From: Promethearchaeati archaeon
GTDB lineage: Archaea > Asgardarchaeota > Heimdallarchaeia > Heimdallarchaeales > Heimdallarchaeaceae
NCBI GenBank assembly: GCA_013166775.1
Contig: JABLTJ010000011.1
Coordinates: 31,096 to 95,095 of the forward strand
DNA: 64,000 bases
Reading direction: 5' to 3'
The translations under genes and the position numbers were made by a program. Below are positions 1 to 10,816 of the stretch, piece after piece. The notes beneath the pieces are model-generated. The model had not been told where the DNA came from, ran no database searches, and saw only the letters and a list, made by a program, of their open reading frames with translations. How positions within the stretch are numbered: position 1 is the stretch's first letter; the number at the start of each line of letters is the position of its first letter.

Positions 1-332
1 CCATCACCATCATCTGTTATCGTCAGGTAATCTGCTTTATCTGGATAATCATCTACTTTACTTTTTGGACCAGAAACAGTATTATCAATTTCTATAATAT
101 TATCTTCAGTCATTAAGTCTGCAATGACTGTTATAGAAGCAGTTTCTGCCTCACAATCAATTAAAATATTGTATTCTGAAATTCCTAGAGGTAATGGCTC
201 TGAATCACTTAAAACACCATATTCAATATATCTAAAACTAGTATTTTTTACAGCAAAGTAAGTTCCAGCACTAATTCCTGCTATTATAACCATACTCCCT
301 ACAATAATTCCGAATAAGTTACTATTCTTCAT
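1..332 (-). CDS. N-terminal part of a membrane-anchored/secreted hypothetical protein (runs off window)
   Basis: Manual translation from ATG at 332: MKNSNLFGIIVGSMVIIAGISAGTYFAVKN..., hydrophobic N-terminus, open to window edge; not in ORF track. Confidence 0.75.
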   Translation of the reverse strand, partial: MKNSNLFGIIVGSMVIIAGISAGTYFAVKNTSFRYIEYGVLSDSEPLPLGISEYNILIDCEAETASITVIADLMTEDNIIEIDNTVSGPKSKVDDYPDKADYLTITDDGD

Positions 333-566
333 AAATAACCATGGTTTACCTTTCTATAAAAAGGGGAACAAACGACAAATAATTTCCAATTAAAGACATT
401 AATCCTTAATTTCTTCTTTTTCATTTTAGAGGATTTTTAGAAAAGATTCATAACTGTTATACCTGAGACAATGCAGCTAATATCTCCAATTTGAATGGGT
501 ATAATGGTTTTGTTAAATTGAAAATATGATAGGTTTTATAAAATAGTAGTTTAAGTCAGATTACCG

Positions 567-1283
567 ATGAAGACTTTTCATAACGTAGACACGCTACTTT
601 TCGATATGGATGGAACCCTAACTGATCTTGGAAAAAGATGGTGGGATCCGTTTTTCAGAGCTTATGATAAAATAAGACCTGAAGAAAATCAGATTAAAAA
701 GAAAGAAATATTTGAAAAGACACTAATTAGCATTATGGAAACTTCAATGGGTAGTCCAAGAATGCTTAAATTGAAAACGTTTTGGAGAGCATCGCGAGAT
801 TTAGAATTATCTTTATTTGATACATTTAGAGCTATCAAGTTCTTAAGAACAGATCCTTTGGCTTTCAAAGACATTCAGCCACTTGATGGTGTGGAAGAAG
901 TTTTGAAAACACTTCAATTTCGAGGGTACAAGATGGCTCTAGTAACTAGTGCAGGAGACGATACTGTAGAAAAAGCAAAATTGAAACTAAAAATGTTAAA
1001 TTCGTTTGATCTTATTATTACAAGAAACTCTGTTAAAAGAATAAAACCTTACCCTGATGCAATTCTGTTAGCAAGTAAAGAATTGGGTAAGAATCCAAGT
1101 TCTTGTGTCATGATAGGTGACTTCCCTCAAGATGTCCAAGCAGGGAAAAATGCTGGAGCAAAAACAATCGCAATTCTGGGTCTTAACGCTAAATACACTA
1201 GAGAGAGATTGATAGAAAAAAATCCAGATGCCTTATTATCATCAATCCAGGAATTACCAGAGTTGTTTCCAAATTTAGTTTAG
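567..1283 (+). CDS. HAD-superfamily hydrolase (phosphoglycolate phosphatase-like)
   Basis: FDMDGTL motif I, LVTS motif II, KPYP, MIGD..D motif IV. Confidence 0.92.
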   Translation: MKTFHNVDTLLFDMDGTLTDLGKRWWDPFFRAYDKIRPEENQIKKKEIFEKTLISIMETSMGSPRMLKLKTFWRASRDLELSLFDTFRAIKFLRTDPLAFKDIQPLDGVEEVLKTLQFRGYKMALVTSAGDDTVEKAKLKLKMLNSFDLIITRNSVKRIKPYPDAILLASKELGKNPSSCVMIGDFPQDVQAGKNAGAKTIAILGLNAKYTRERLIEKNPDALLSSIQELPELFPNLV

Positions 1284-1319
1284 TAGGATTTTTAAGTAAG
1301 TTAAGTTTCCTTACCTTCC

Positions 1320-2027
1320 ATGGAGTCCTTGAAGAAGGTAGACACATTATTTTTTGACATGGATGGGACTCTTACAGATCTTTGGAAGAGATATCGAGAT
1401 CCTTTCTATAGAGCACTTAATAAAATAAAACCAAATCATGATAAGAAAAGATTGCAGGAAGTTTTTGAAAAAACGTTAGCTGAATTTCTAAAAACTTTTG
1501 AAGGAAAATCAAGACTTATAAGATTGAAACTCTTCAGGAAATCTCGAAAAGAGATGGGAGGATCATTGATCGATTCTTTCAGAATTATGAAGATAGTTCT
1601 TTCAGATCCAATGGCATTCAGGAACGTTGAACCTATAGAAGGTGTTAGAAGCACTTTAGAGATACTTCAAAAAAGGGGATATGGATTAGCATTAGTAACT
1701 AATGCAAGTGATAAAACAGTGGATGTAGCTAAAGAGAAACTGAAGATTTTGAAATCTTTTGATATTTTAGTCACGAGAAATACTGTTAAGCGTATAAAAC
1801 CACATCCAGATGCTCTGCTGTATGTGTGTGAACAATTAGGAAAAGATCCGAGAATGTGTGCGATGATAGGAGATTTCCCTCAAGATATTAAGGCAGGAAA
1901 AGCTGCAGGAACAAAAACAATTGCTATCTTGGGAGATAATAGAAAATACACCGAAGAAGAGATAAGATCATTAAATCCAGATTTAGTATTAGAATCATTT
2001 CAAGAATTGCTCCAGATATTTCCCTGA
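1320..2027 (+). CDS. HAD-superfamily hydrolase, tandem paralogue
   Basis: FDMDGTL, LVTN, KPHP, MIGDFPQD; colinear with the upstream gene. Confidence 0.92.
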   Translation: MESLKKVDTLFFDMDGTLTDLWKRYRDPFYRALNKIKPNHDKKRLQEVFEKTLAEFLKTFEGKSRLIRLKLFRKSRKEMGGSLIDSFRIMKIVLSDPMAFRNVEPIEGVRSTLEILQKRGYGLALVTNASDKTVDVAKEKLKILKSFDILVTRNTVKRIKPHPDALLYVCEQLGKDPRMCAMIGDFPQDIKAGKAAGTKTIAILGDNRKYTEEEIRSLNPDLVLESFQELLQIFP

Positions 2028-2067
2028 AATCAAAAAAAAGAGAATACAATATTTTGAAAAAAAGAAA

Positions 2068-2958
2068 TTAGATCAGCTGGAATGTCTGATCTAAATTACC
2101 ATCATATTCTTCAGGAATCATTACTCCAGTGTGGTAAGGAAAATTAGCTGATGCATAAGCAAAAGCTTCTTCCATTGTAGTTCTGGGTTTGGAGTTGAAG
2201 TAATCAATCAAAGTGAATTCTAAGAAGTAGTAGGTCCATAATCCGTTATTAAATTCAGGTGCGTCCCAACCCATACCTTTAGTAGTACAAGCTGCTGCAA
2301 AATAAATGTATTCACTGTTGGTTAAGTTCATTAAATCTGGTCCAAATCCTCCAGCAAAGCAGTGGTCAATGAAAATGAAAATGCTTTCTGCGATAGCTAA
2401 TTCAAGTATAGATGCTAGTTCATAATCCCAGAATCTTCCGTCTTCGTCATTTTCAGCATCACCTAGATCCCACATACATAGAAAGCTTCCACCCTTATGA
2501 TCTGTAGAACCATGTCCAGAAGTCATAAAAGATATTACATCATTTTCTCCTGCATTTGCAATGACATTGCATAGTGCTTGTTTAACGTTATATTCAGTTG
2601 CTAAACCATCTAATTGAGGATAATAACTTGTGTCATCTCCAAAGAGCAATATATGCTCGTACCCTAGTTCTGTTAAGTAAAGATACCAATCTGTAGCGTC
2701 ATCATCAGCTAATCCAAGATCACTAATGGCTTTGTAATCACTAATTCCAACTATTATTGCCCAATGCTCAGCTTTTCCATTAGCAGGAGGAACAATATCA
2801 GCAGAATATTCCAGTGATGTTGAAGAAATGGTGTCAAAAGAGAAATTGATATCTCTTGAAGCGAGTGATGAATATTGTTGTATAGAAATTCCAAAGAATA
2901 GACTGGATAGAAGGATAATTAGTACAAAATTTGTTTTTGTATGTTTCATATCAATCAC
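2068..2958 (-). CDS. Secreted clan CD cysteine peptidase (caspase/metacaspase C14 or C13-like)
   Basis: N-terminal signal/TM; WAIIVGISDY first strand; SGHG (His) and FIDHC (Cys) dyad; NGLWTYY. Confidence 0.85.
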   Translation of the reverse strand: MIDMKHTKTNFVLIILLSSLFFGISIQQYSSLASRDINFSFDTISSTSLEYSADIVPPANGKAEHWAIIVGISDYKAISDLGLADDDATDWYLYLTELGYEHILLFGDDTSYYPQLDGLATEYNVKQALCNVIANAGENDVISFMTSGHGSTDHKGGSFLCMWDLGDAENDEDGRFWDYELASILELAIAESIFIFIDHCFAGGFGPDLMNLTNSEYIYFAAACTTKGMGWDAPEFNNGLWTYYFLEFTLIDYFNSKPRTTMEEAFAYASANFPYHTGVMIPEEYDGNLDQTFQLI

Positions 2959-3366
2959 TTAGGTCGTATAAACCTGATACTCAATTGAAAAGCAAAATAT
3001 CATTGTTTTTCTTTAAAAAACTAAAGTAGAGATTCCAAATTCATAACTAAAATCTCAAATTAAAAAGAGATAGAAGTTAGAGAATGGAAGGAGGTTTGAG
3101 AGAATGGTGAAGATAGAATCAATTACTTAACATATTGTTGTCGACACAACTACTCAGAGTTCTACTATATCATGAGTCTTAGGTGGTATTGGGTTAGATA
3201 ATTTCTCAATAGCCATAGACAGCCGAGATTCATTGGTGTAGGAACTGGTTTGGGTAAGATTTGAACATCATTAATTTTGTAATCATCAGTAAATAAAATA
3301 TTGATATATTCTAATTTCATGTTGTCTTTCAGTAAATCAAATAAATGTATACAAAAATGTAAACCT

Positions 3367-3822
3367 ATGTCAAACGAAAATGCTAGAACTGGATGGTTTT
3401 TCAGAGATGGAGAACTGCTAGATGATAATGCATACTTTGAGAATATGTCTAGAGCTGTATTTCAAGCAGGTTTGAGCTGGCAAATGATTGCAGATAAATG
3501 GCTAGCTTTCAGGAAAGCATTCAAGGATTTTGACATAGAAGAAGTTGGCAATTTCGATGAAGAAGACATTGAAAGATTGCTTTCAGATAAAAGTATAATT
3601 CGAAATAGATCAAAGATTGAAGCTGTTATAGTAAATGCGATTGAGTTTGTAAAAATAAAAGAGGAATTTGAGTCCTTTCGAAATTACATAGATAATCTAG
3701 ATAAATCAGAAAATTACAAATTTGTTAAGAAAGAATTGGGAAAAAGATTTTCTAGAATGGGACCAAAATCAGCTATGATTTATTTGTATAGTATTGGAGA
3801 AAATATAAAACACGAAGAATAA
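3367..3822 (+). CDS. tag: DNA-3-methyladenine glycosylase I family
   Basis: FQAGLSW, IIRNRSKIEAVI.NA, GPKS motifs; ATG at 3367 preferred over TTG 3301. Confidence 0.9.
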   Translation: MSNENARTGWFFRDGELLDDNAYFENMSRAVFQAGLSWQMIADKWLAFRKAFKDFDIEEVGNFDEEDIERLLSDKSIIRNRSKIEAVIVNAIEFVKIKEEFESFRNYIDNLDKSENYKFVKKELGKRFSRMGPKSAMIYLYSIGENIKHEE

Positions 3823-3858
3823 CTAGAATGAATATTGCAGATATTTAACTAATTTTTA

Positions 3859-4038
3859 TTATGCATCATCAAGTTCTTCAAAATCAAGCTTAAAATGATT
3901 TGAAGCTAAGAAGACTTCTGGATTATGTACAAATTCAATCAAACAATCCCTCTGACAAAAATATAATGTTTTACCCTTGTAAGCTGTTTTAACGATATTT
4001 TTAGGAAGATGGGCACCACAACATGTTTTTGTAGCCAT
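3859..4038 (-). CDS. Small YHS/TRASH-like metal-binding protein (59 aa)
   Basis: Manual translation MATKTCCGAHLPKNIVKTAYKGKTLYFCQRDCLIEFVHNPEVF...; YKGKxxYFCxxxC..F..NPE pattern; below ORF-track cutoff. Confidence 0.75.
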   Translation of the reverse strand: MATKTCCGAHLPKNIVKTAYKGKTLYFCQRDCLIEFVHNPEVFLASNHFKLDFEELDDA

Positions 4039-4161
4039 ATGTAATTTATTGTGAATTTCTAATTAAGAATTATGCTTTAACAAAATTCTAAAACATTTAT
4101 TATCAATTCAATTAAAAAGTTAATATAGATATATAAATGTGTCTTCAAAGATACTAATGTA

Positions 4162-5631
4162 ATGAGACAGAAACACTCTCAAAATTTTTTAGAATATAAG
4201 AAAAAAATCCCTAAAGCTAGACTCCTAGAAGATTACTTGATATTTAGAGAGAGTCTTGAAGCAATTCATCCTTCGATTTACAGGTATAGAAAGCAAGAAG
4301 AAGTCCAAGAAGAGTTTAATGAGATAAGAAACAAGATTTCTTATGATATGATTTCTCTTGATTTTTTCACATTTATAGCTCCTTTAATTAGTTTCATAGG
4401 AGATGGGCATACAAATATTATACCTAGTCTTACATTTATGGATTGGTTAAAAAATGAAAATGGCGTTTTTCCTCTAAAACCTATTTTCATAGAAAATAAA
4501 TTTTTCATAAATCATAATTATACTAATTTGGAAGAATTAGATCTAAAGTGTGAAATTTTATACATCGATAGTTTTCCAATAAATGAAATTGTTAAACATT
4601 TATTTGATTTTATTCAAATCGATGGAATAGGTGACGAAAGAAAATACAGAAAATTAGAAAATGTTTTCCAAATCCTATACAGTTTGGTATATGGAGTAAA
4701 AACTGAATTCCAAATTGAATTCAGAAAATCCAATGAAAAACAGACCAATAGCATAAGAATTAAATCTATGACGAGAGAAAATATTGAGCAAATTAAGAAA
4801 ATTAAATATCCGGAGGAACTTTACAGACCACTCTATAATTTAAGAATTCTTAATGATAGAGATACAGCTGTTCTTAAAATTCGTTCATTCTTAAATGGAA
4901 AGAAATTTGCTAAAGTTTACAAAAACAAACACTACAAAAACGAAGGAAAGTTGAATAAATTTCTAAAACATGCTTTTAAATTGGTTAAAAAGAAAGAAAT
5001 ACACAATCTAATTATTGATATAAGAGATAATGATGGTGGAAAGAAAACCAATAGTGCGTTTCTTTATAGATATTTGAGCGATAAAACATTCAAGTTTTAC
5101 AAGGATTGTTATATAAATAAAAATTGTTTTGATTTTCTCAAGAGAAATAATAAAAAAATTGATAGTTTAATTACTAAAACTCTTCCTAAATTATCCATTG
5201 AGCAAAATTACTATAAATTTGAAAATTATTTTTTTATGCAATCATTGTACAAAACTCATAAACCTAAAAAAAATAGATTCAGTGGAGTTGTTTATATTAT
5301 TCTTAATGGAAGAACATTTTCTGCAGCAGGAGAATTTGCTGCTATATGTCATAACGCTCAAGCAGCTGCTATCGTGGGAGAAGAAACAAGTGCAGGATAT
5401 CTAGGGAATACAGCAGGACATATCGTCAAAGTAGAACTACCTGCATCAAAAATAAGAATTTTCATTCCAATTTTACAGTTTAATAATGCTTTAGAAGGAA
5501 AGGATTTTGGTAGAGGAATTATCCCACAGTATAGTGTAGAAAAAACTATTGAAGGTTTTAGTTCAGGAAAAGACACTGAACTCGAATTTATCTTTGAATT
5601 AATACAAGATAAACGAAACACACACAAATAG
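4162..5631 (+). CDS. Peptidase S41 family protein
   Basis: DGHT, LIIDIRDNDGG, TFSAAGEFA, IVGEETSAG, GRGIIP motifs. Confidence 0.9.
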   Translation: MRQKHSQNFLEYKKKIPKARLLEDYLIFRESLEAIHPSIYRYRKQEEVQEEFNEIRNKISYDMISLDFFTFIAPLISFIGDGHTNIIPSLTFMDWLKNENGVFPLKPIFIENKFFINHNYTNLEELDLKCEILYIDSFPINEIVKHLFDFIQIDGIGDERKYRKLENVFQILYSLVYGVKTEFQIEFRKSNEKQTNSIRIKSMTRENIEQIKKIKYPEELYRPLYNLRILNDRDTAVLKIRSFLNGKKFAKVYKNKHYKNEGKLNKFLKHAFKLVKKKEIHNLIIDIRDNDGGKKTNSAFLYRYLSDKTFKFYKDCYINKNCFDFLKRNNKKIDSLITKTLPKLSIEQNYYKFENYFFMQSLYKTHKPKKNRFSGVVYIILNGRTFSAAGEFAAICHNAQAAAIVGEETSAGYLGNTAGHIVKVELPASKIRIFIPILQFNNALEGKDFGRGIIPQYSVEKTIEGFSSGKDTELEFIFELIQDKRNTHK

Positions 5632-5785
5632 CTAGAAGACTCTTTTTAATTCTATTATCTAAAAGAAGAAAGAAGAGATAACACAATTCTCTTTCACTTT
5701 CTTTCTTTTTCTCGATGATGTCACTAAAATAGAAACAAAAATCTATGAGAATGTCACAAAAGTTAAGAAACAGAGCTGTTAATAT

Positions 5786-7855
5786 TTGTTTATGTATAAG
5801 AACAGAAAGCGAAAATTTACAACAACTATTTGCTTAGTATTCTTACTTGTTGCTGTTATATTATTAGAATTTTCAAATAACAGCACAATTGGAACTATAG
5901 CAGAAAACGAATCAGATCTAAAAATAAAACTGCAATATTGGACTGAAGGAATTATAATTTCAGATGCAAATATCTCAGCTCTTAGCTCATCTGGAACAGG
6001 ATCAAATTCAGATCCCTATATAATCGACAACCTGTTCATAGACACAACTGATTCTCTTGCAGTAGAATTTGAAGGAGTATCAACTTCAACTCACTATGTG
6101 CTTCGTGACTCTTACCTTAAAGGTAGTACTTACGGTGTCTATATTTCTGATTCCATTTTTGGAAAAGCATCAATAATCAACTGCACAATTGAGGGAGCTC
6201 TATCAGTAGGAGGTCCAAATGCTCGTTATTTGCTAGTTCATAATAACACATTAACCTTTAATCAGGGAAGCTCCTTTAGAAAAGGAATAACATTCACTGA
6301 AAATATCATAATCTCAAAAAGTCCATATAGTGTTCATTTAGGAAGATTTCGAAATGAAGATAATATAATAAAAGACAACGTCTTTTACGGAAATAACTCA
6401 GAAATCCTCCTTAACAATATAGTAAATTCAACCATTGAAAACAATGTATTACATAATGCAGGCTTTGATTTCTCAAATAATGATGTTAAAGAAACTACAA
6501 ACAATACAATGGAAGGAAATACAATTGATGGAAAACCATATGGTTTCTTCTACAACAAAACAGGAGAAATAATAGATGGAGATATCTATGGACAAATATA
6601 CCTTTTCAATTCTGTTAACTCTGAAATTAAAGATCATACTCTAAGTGGTTCCGGTTATGGAATACAAATCCACAAATGTACAGATATAGTTGTAGACAGT
6701 GTAGAAATAACAGGTAAAAATGGTATTGATATCAAGGAATCTGTGGATATTCTGATTGAAAAGAATGTTCTGGTAGGTTATGGCAATGGGATAAATCTAA
6801 ATTTAGTAAATGATATAGATCTTCAAAACAATCATCTTACAGGATTTGCGTACGGGATTGATAGCTTTCTGGTAGATGAATTGTACATAAATAATAACAC
6901 CATTTTAGAAAATGAAGATAATGGCATCTATCTCGATGATTGTGACAATATAGAGATTTGGTTCAATATAGTAACCATCAATGTTGAAGTACCAGGATCA
7001 GAACCAGCTCTAGTCTTCTGGGGATGTGAAAACGTAACAATATTCTATAATGTATTCATAAACCTAGGAAATAATACAGAATCACCAGTAGAAGGGAATT
7101 CATCTACAAATGTAATATGGTATGACGAAACATTAGATGTAGGAAATCATTATTCAGATTGGATTGGTGCAGGAAATTACTTAATACCAGGAGATGTAGG
7201 GAGTATAGATATTTATCCATTCATCGATGTAGATGGAGATTTACTTGAAGAATATGAGGAAGTAGTGGTGTACCACACCAATCCATTCGAAACAGATAGC
7301 GATAATGATGGTTTAGATGATAATGAAGAAATAAATACATACAACACAGATCCTTTATCAAACGATAGTGATTCTGATGGAATGGATGATTTATGGGAAG
7401 TAACAAATGGTACAGATCCTAACACAGATGATGCTGATGAAGACCTAGATGATGACGGTTTGACAAATATTGAGGAATATAATCTCAATACATTACCAAC
7501 AAATAATGACACTGACGCTGATGGAATGGATGATTATTGGGAAGCCACATATGGAACAGACCCATTGATTGATGATGCCGAAAACGATCCAGATGAAGAT
7601 GGATTGACTAACTTAACCGAATATAGTTTGGGTACTCTTCCAATGAATAACGATACAGATGGCGATAGTTTTACAGATGGTGTGGAGGTTATAGAAGGAA
7701 CAGATCCATTAGATCCAAATGATTATCCAAAATACGCACCTATAGGGCTTATTTTAGGATTAATTTTTGGTCTAGTAGTTCCATTAGGTGTAGCTGTTCT
7801 TGTGGTTCTAGCTAGAAAAGGTAAAATCACATTACCATTTATTAAGAAAAAATAG
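5786..7855 (+). CDS. Surface protein: parallel beta-helix (NosD-like) + Ca-binding TSP3-like DxDxDG repeats + C-terminal TM anchor
   Basis: Signal peptide, GTGSNSDPYII, Asn/Ile-rich beta-helix, repeated DSDNDGLDD/TDP units, TM + basic tail. Confidence 0.85.
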   Translation: MFMYKNRKRKFTTTICLVFLLVAVILLEFSNNSTIGTIAENESDLKIKLQYWTEGIIISDANISALSSSGTGSNSDPYIIDNLFIDTTDSLAVEFEGVSTSTHYVLRDSYLKGSTYGVYISDSIFGKASIINCTIEGALSVGGPNARYLLVHNNTLTFNQGSSFRKGITFTENIIISKSPYSVHLGRFRNEDNIIKDNVFYGNNSEILLNNIVNSTIENNVLHNAGFDFSNNDVKETTNNTMEGNTIDGKPYGFFYNKTGEIIDGDIYGQIYLFNSVNSEIKDHTLSGSGYGIQIHKCTDIVVDSVEITGKNGIDIKESVDILIEKNVLVGYGNGINLNLVNDIDLQNNHLTGFAYGIDSFLVDELYINNNTILENEDNGIYLDDCDNIEIWFNIVTINVEVPGSEPALVFWGCENVTIFYNVFINLGNNTESPVEGNSSTNVIWYDETLDVGNHYSDWIGAGNYLIPGDVGSIDIYPFIDVDGDLLEEYEEVVVYHTNPFETDSDNDGLDDNEEINTYNTDPLSNDSDSDGMDDLWEVTNGTDPNTDDADEDLDDDGLTNIEEYNLNTLPTNNDTDADGMDDYWEATYGTDPLIDDAENDPDEDGLTNLTEYSLGTLPMNNDTDGDSFTDGVEVIEGTDPLDPNDYPKYAPIGLILGLIFGLVVPLGVAVLVVLARKGKITLPFIKKK

Positions 7856-7964
7856 CAATTGCTATTCTTTTCATTTTTTCATTATTAATTACATTTGTAT
7901 TTGCTTTATATGAAAATTTAAAATACATTTGTTCTTTGGAGATACAAACTGAGGAAGATGCAAG

Positions 7965-8924
7965 ATGCTTGAAAAAAGAACACTTGGAAAAACCAACATC
8001 AAAGTATCACCTATTGGGATAGGTGTAATGATGTGGATGGGAGGTAAAGGTATCATTGGTCGTATTGCACCTAATGTATCAGATGAAATCAAGAACAATA
8101 TTATCAAAGAGTCGTTTGACGGTGGCATCAATTTTTTTGATACTGCAGAAATGTATGGTTTTGGAAGATCTGAAGCAAATTTAGCTAAATCTTTGAAAGC
8201 AAACAGTATTGAAGATAAAGACGTGGTTATTGGTACAAAATGGGCACCTATGTTTCGAAGAGCAAGAAATATGCGTAGAACTATTAACAAACGTCTTCAA
8301 TATCTCGATGATTATACAATCGATCTCTATATGATCCATCAACCAATCAGCTTTTCTACAATCAAAACTGAAATGAATGAACTTGCAAGACTTGTAGAAA
8401 GTGAAAAGGTTAAATCTGTAGGGATAAGCAACTACAATGCAAAAAAAATGAGAAAAGCTCATGAAGAACTGGAGAAGTTAAGAATACCCTTAGCTGCCAA
8501 TCAAGTAAACTATAGTTTAGTAAGAAGAAATATTGAAACTAATGGAATATTGGATACTGCTAAAGAGCTTGGGGTTACAATTACTGCCTATACACCACTT
8601 GCTGGAGGTCTCCTAACTGGTAAACTACATAACAATCCAGAAATGATGAAAAATAAGTTTGCAATGTATCGTATGGTTGCTAAGAGGAATATGGAAGAAA
8701 GCACTCCATTAGTTGAAACTTTAACAGAGATAGGTAAAACACACGAAGTTCTTCCAGGTCAAGTTGCTCTGAACTGGTTAGTTACTTATCATGGAAATAC
8801 AGTAATTACTATACCAGGTGCAACAAAAGCTTATCAAGCTAAAGAGAGTGCCGGAGCGATGGCTTTCAACTTGAGTAAAACTGAATCTGAGGAAATTGCT
8901 GAAGTATCAGAAATCTTCCTTTAG
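7965..8924 (+). CDS. Aldo/keto reductase
   Basis: GINFFDTAEMYG, IDLYMIH, VGISNY, NQVNYSL, AYTPLAGG, IPGA. Confidence 0.95.
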   Translation: MLEKRTLGKTNIKVSPIGIGVMMWMGGKGIIGRIAPNVSDEIKNNIIKESFDGGINFFDTAEMYGFGRSEANLAKSLKANSIEDKDVVIGTKWAPMFRRARNMRRTINKRLQYLDDYTIDLYMIHQPISFSTIKTEMNELARLVESEKVKSVGISNYNAKKMRKAHEELEKLRIPLAANQVNYSLVRRNIETNGILDTAKELGVTITAYTPLAGGLLTGKLHNNPEMMKNKFAMYRMVAKRNMEESTPLVETLTEIGKTHEVLPGQVALNWLVTYHGNTVITIPGATKAYQAKESAGAMAFNLSKTESEEIAEVSEIFL

Positions 8925-9031
8925 TTTCCTTTTCTTTACTTTATTATAGACCATTCAAATGAAAATGATTATATAAATCACTATCAAAGAAGCACCAAGA
9001 TTAACATACAAGTATTTGAGCTGACATAGCC

Positions 9032-10486
9032 ATGGCTACTGAAGAATTCGTTTCTCAAGAGGACAAACCATCCATTCGACAAGTTCTCACCAATGCCACT
9101 TTTATGGTACTTTTCGCAGCTCAATTTATAGAAAACATTGGTAGATCAATATCTGGTTTAGCTATTGAGTTCCTTATTTTCGAACTTACAGCAAGCCCAT
9201 TTTTGATGGGTGTTCTATCAATAATTTGGTTATCACCTTTCGTTATTATTGCTCCACTAGCTGGAGTTTTAGCAGATCGGTTCGATCAGAGAAAACTTAT
9301 GTTATATTCAAACATAGTCAGTGCACTCGCATCAGTTGGTTTTGTAATCGTTTATCTCTTCATAAACCAACTAACACAAATTCATTATCCGTTTGGACAA
9401 CCAGATCTAGTTAACTCTCTCATTACTATAAATCCAGTTCCAAATTATCTTCATGTTCTTTGGCCCTTATTCATTCTTTGTTTCATAAATTCTGCTTCAG
9501 CAGCTTTCTTCTTTCCATCTAGAAATGCTTACACTCGTTTAATAGTTAAGAAAAAGAATCTCCTGATAGCTAATTCAGTTGGATCTTCAGTATTTCAAGT
9601 CGCTACAATTTTTGGATTTGTTCTTGCAGGTCTATTAGCAGCTCGAAGTTATTTGTTGAGTTTTATATTTGATGCTCTAACTTTCGCAGTGTCTGGGATT
9701 CTTATAGGAGTTATTTTCTTTATAGGAAAGAAACCTCCAGAGGTTATACGGGAGAAAAGTAAGAATATTAGACAGGAGATAAAAAGCTTTGGAGAAGATA
9801 TTAAAATTGGTTATCAAACAATTCGAGAGTATCCTAAAATATCCTATATGCTCTTAGTTTTCTCTTTCACTACTTTTTCATTTGGAGCAATTAATGTGCT
9901 TTTTATTGTGATTTTACAAGGCGAGATGAGTTTAGGTGCAACGTGGTATGGGGTTTTGCAAGCATTAATGGGGGCGTCTGGCATTATTACTGCAATTGTT
10001 CTAATGAGAATAGGGAGGATAAATCGTAAGATTTTAGTTCTAAATATCACTTTTGGTGCAATAACAGTGTCCATGTATATCTTCGCAGTAGTAAGAAACC
10101 TCTATGTTATGATGGCTATTATGTTCGGTTATGGTATTATGGCAGTTTGTTTAAACGTTCCTTCTTCAACATTGATCCAAGAATCTGTTCCATATGAAAA
10201 GCAAGGAAGAGTATTTGGAACGCAACAATTGCTCCAAGGTGTTGCGCAATTATTGGGAATGGGGATTGTATCTTTAATTGCAGAATATGTTCTACCTATG
10301 TATGTACTCTTAACAAGCTCTGGAATCCTCACAATTGCAATTATTTTTGGAATAATATATTCAGGAAGAAGAGGATTGATGGGTTCAGATTATTCAGAAG
10401 AAGTCTCACCTAAGGGAATCCTGGATATGGAAACGGAACCAGTATTAACAAGTACCAGTCATCTAGAATTATCAAATGAGGACTAA
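9032..10486 (+). CDS. MFS transporter (macrolide-efflux/EntS-like)
   Basis: About 12 TM segments; GVLADRFDQRK motif A; QGRVFG. Confidence 0.92.
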   Translation: MATEEFVSQEDKPSIRQVLTNATFMVLFAAQFIENIGRSISGLAIEFLIFELTASPFLMGVLSIIWLSPFVIIAPLAGVLADRFDQRKLMLYSNIVSALASVGFVIVYLFINQLTQIHYPFGQPDLVNSLITINPVPNYLHVLWPLFILCFINSASAAFFFPSRNAYTRLIVKKKNLLIANSVGSSVFQVATIFGFVLAGLLAARSYLLSFIFDALTFAVSGILIGVIFFIGKKPPEVIREKSKNIRQEIKSFGEDIKIGYQTIREYPKISYMLLVFSFTTFSFGAINVLFIVILQGEMSLGATWYGVLQALMGASGIITAIVLMRIGRINRKILVLNITFGAITVSMYIFAVVRNLYVMMAIMFGYGIMAVCLNVPSSTLIQESVPYEKQGRVFGTQQLLQGVAQLLGMGIVSLIAEYVLPMYVLLTSSGILTIAIIFGIIYSGRRGLMGSDYSEEVSPKGILDMETEPVLTSTSHLELSNED

Positions 10487-10510
10487 TTGATTTATATGTA
10501 ATATCTGATC

Positions 10511-10800
10511 CTATTCTCCAAGCAATCTAACGATTCTTTCATATTCCTTATCGAGTTTAACAAAACTATTTGATTCTTTGTCAAAGAAATTAAAACCTTC
10601 ACCTATATTGATTTCCGGAATTCTAGACCACTGTTGAATGAAGTATGAATCTAGCAGAGGTTTAAGTAGATAAAAAGCATCTAGAAATTCTCTGATCTCT
10701 GATGATGGAAATTCAATAGCAACACCAGATTTACCAGATTTGTCTATTGCAACGGTATCGGGGTAGGGGATCTTTGATAAATGGTAGAGAATTTTGTGAA
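10511..10800 (-). pseudogene. 3' remnant of a paralogue of the wHTH regulator at 14626-15762
   Basis: KILYHLSKIPYP...AIEFPSSEIREFLDAFYLLKPL...SNSFVKLDKEYER closely matches the C-terminus of 14626-15762; 5' part absent. Confidence 0.88.
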
Positions 10801-10816
10801 AAACTCTGAAGAACTC

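Noticed and set aside
3165-3320. 51-aa minus-strand ORF (MKLEYINILF...) upstream of the peptidase
   Set aside because: No recognisable motif or RBS; cannot be distinguished from chance
7220-7730. Nucleotide-level repeats (also 62150-62810) as a VNTR or DGR template
   Set aside because: Degenerate codons of protein DxDxDG repeats; no adenine-specific variant pair or reverse transcriptase
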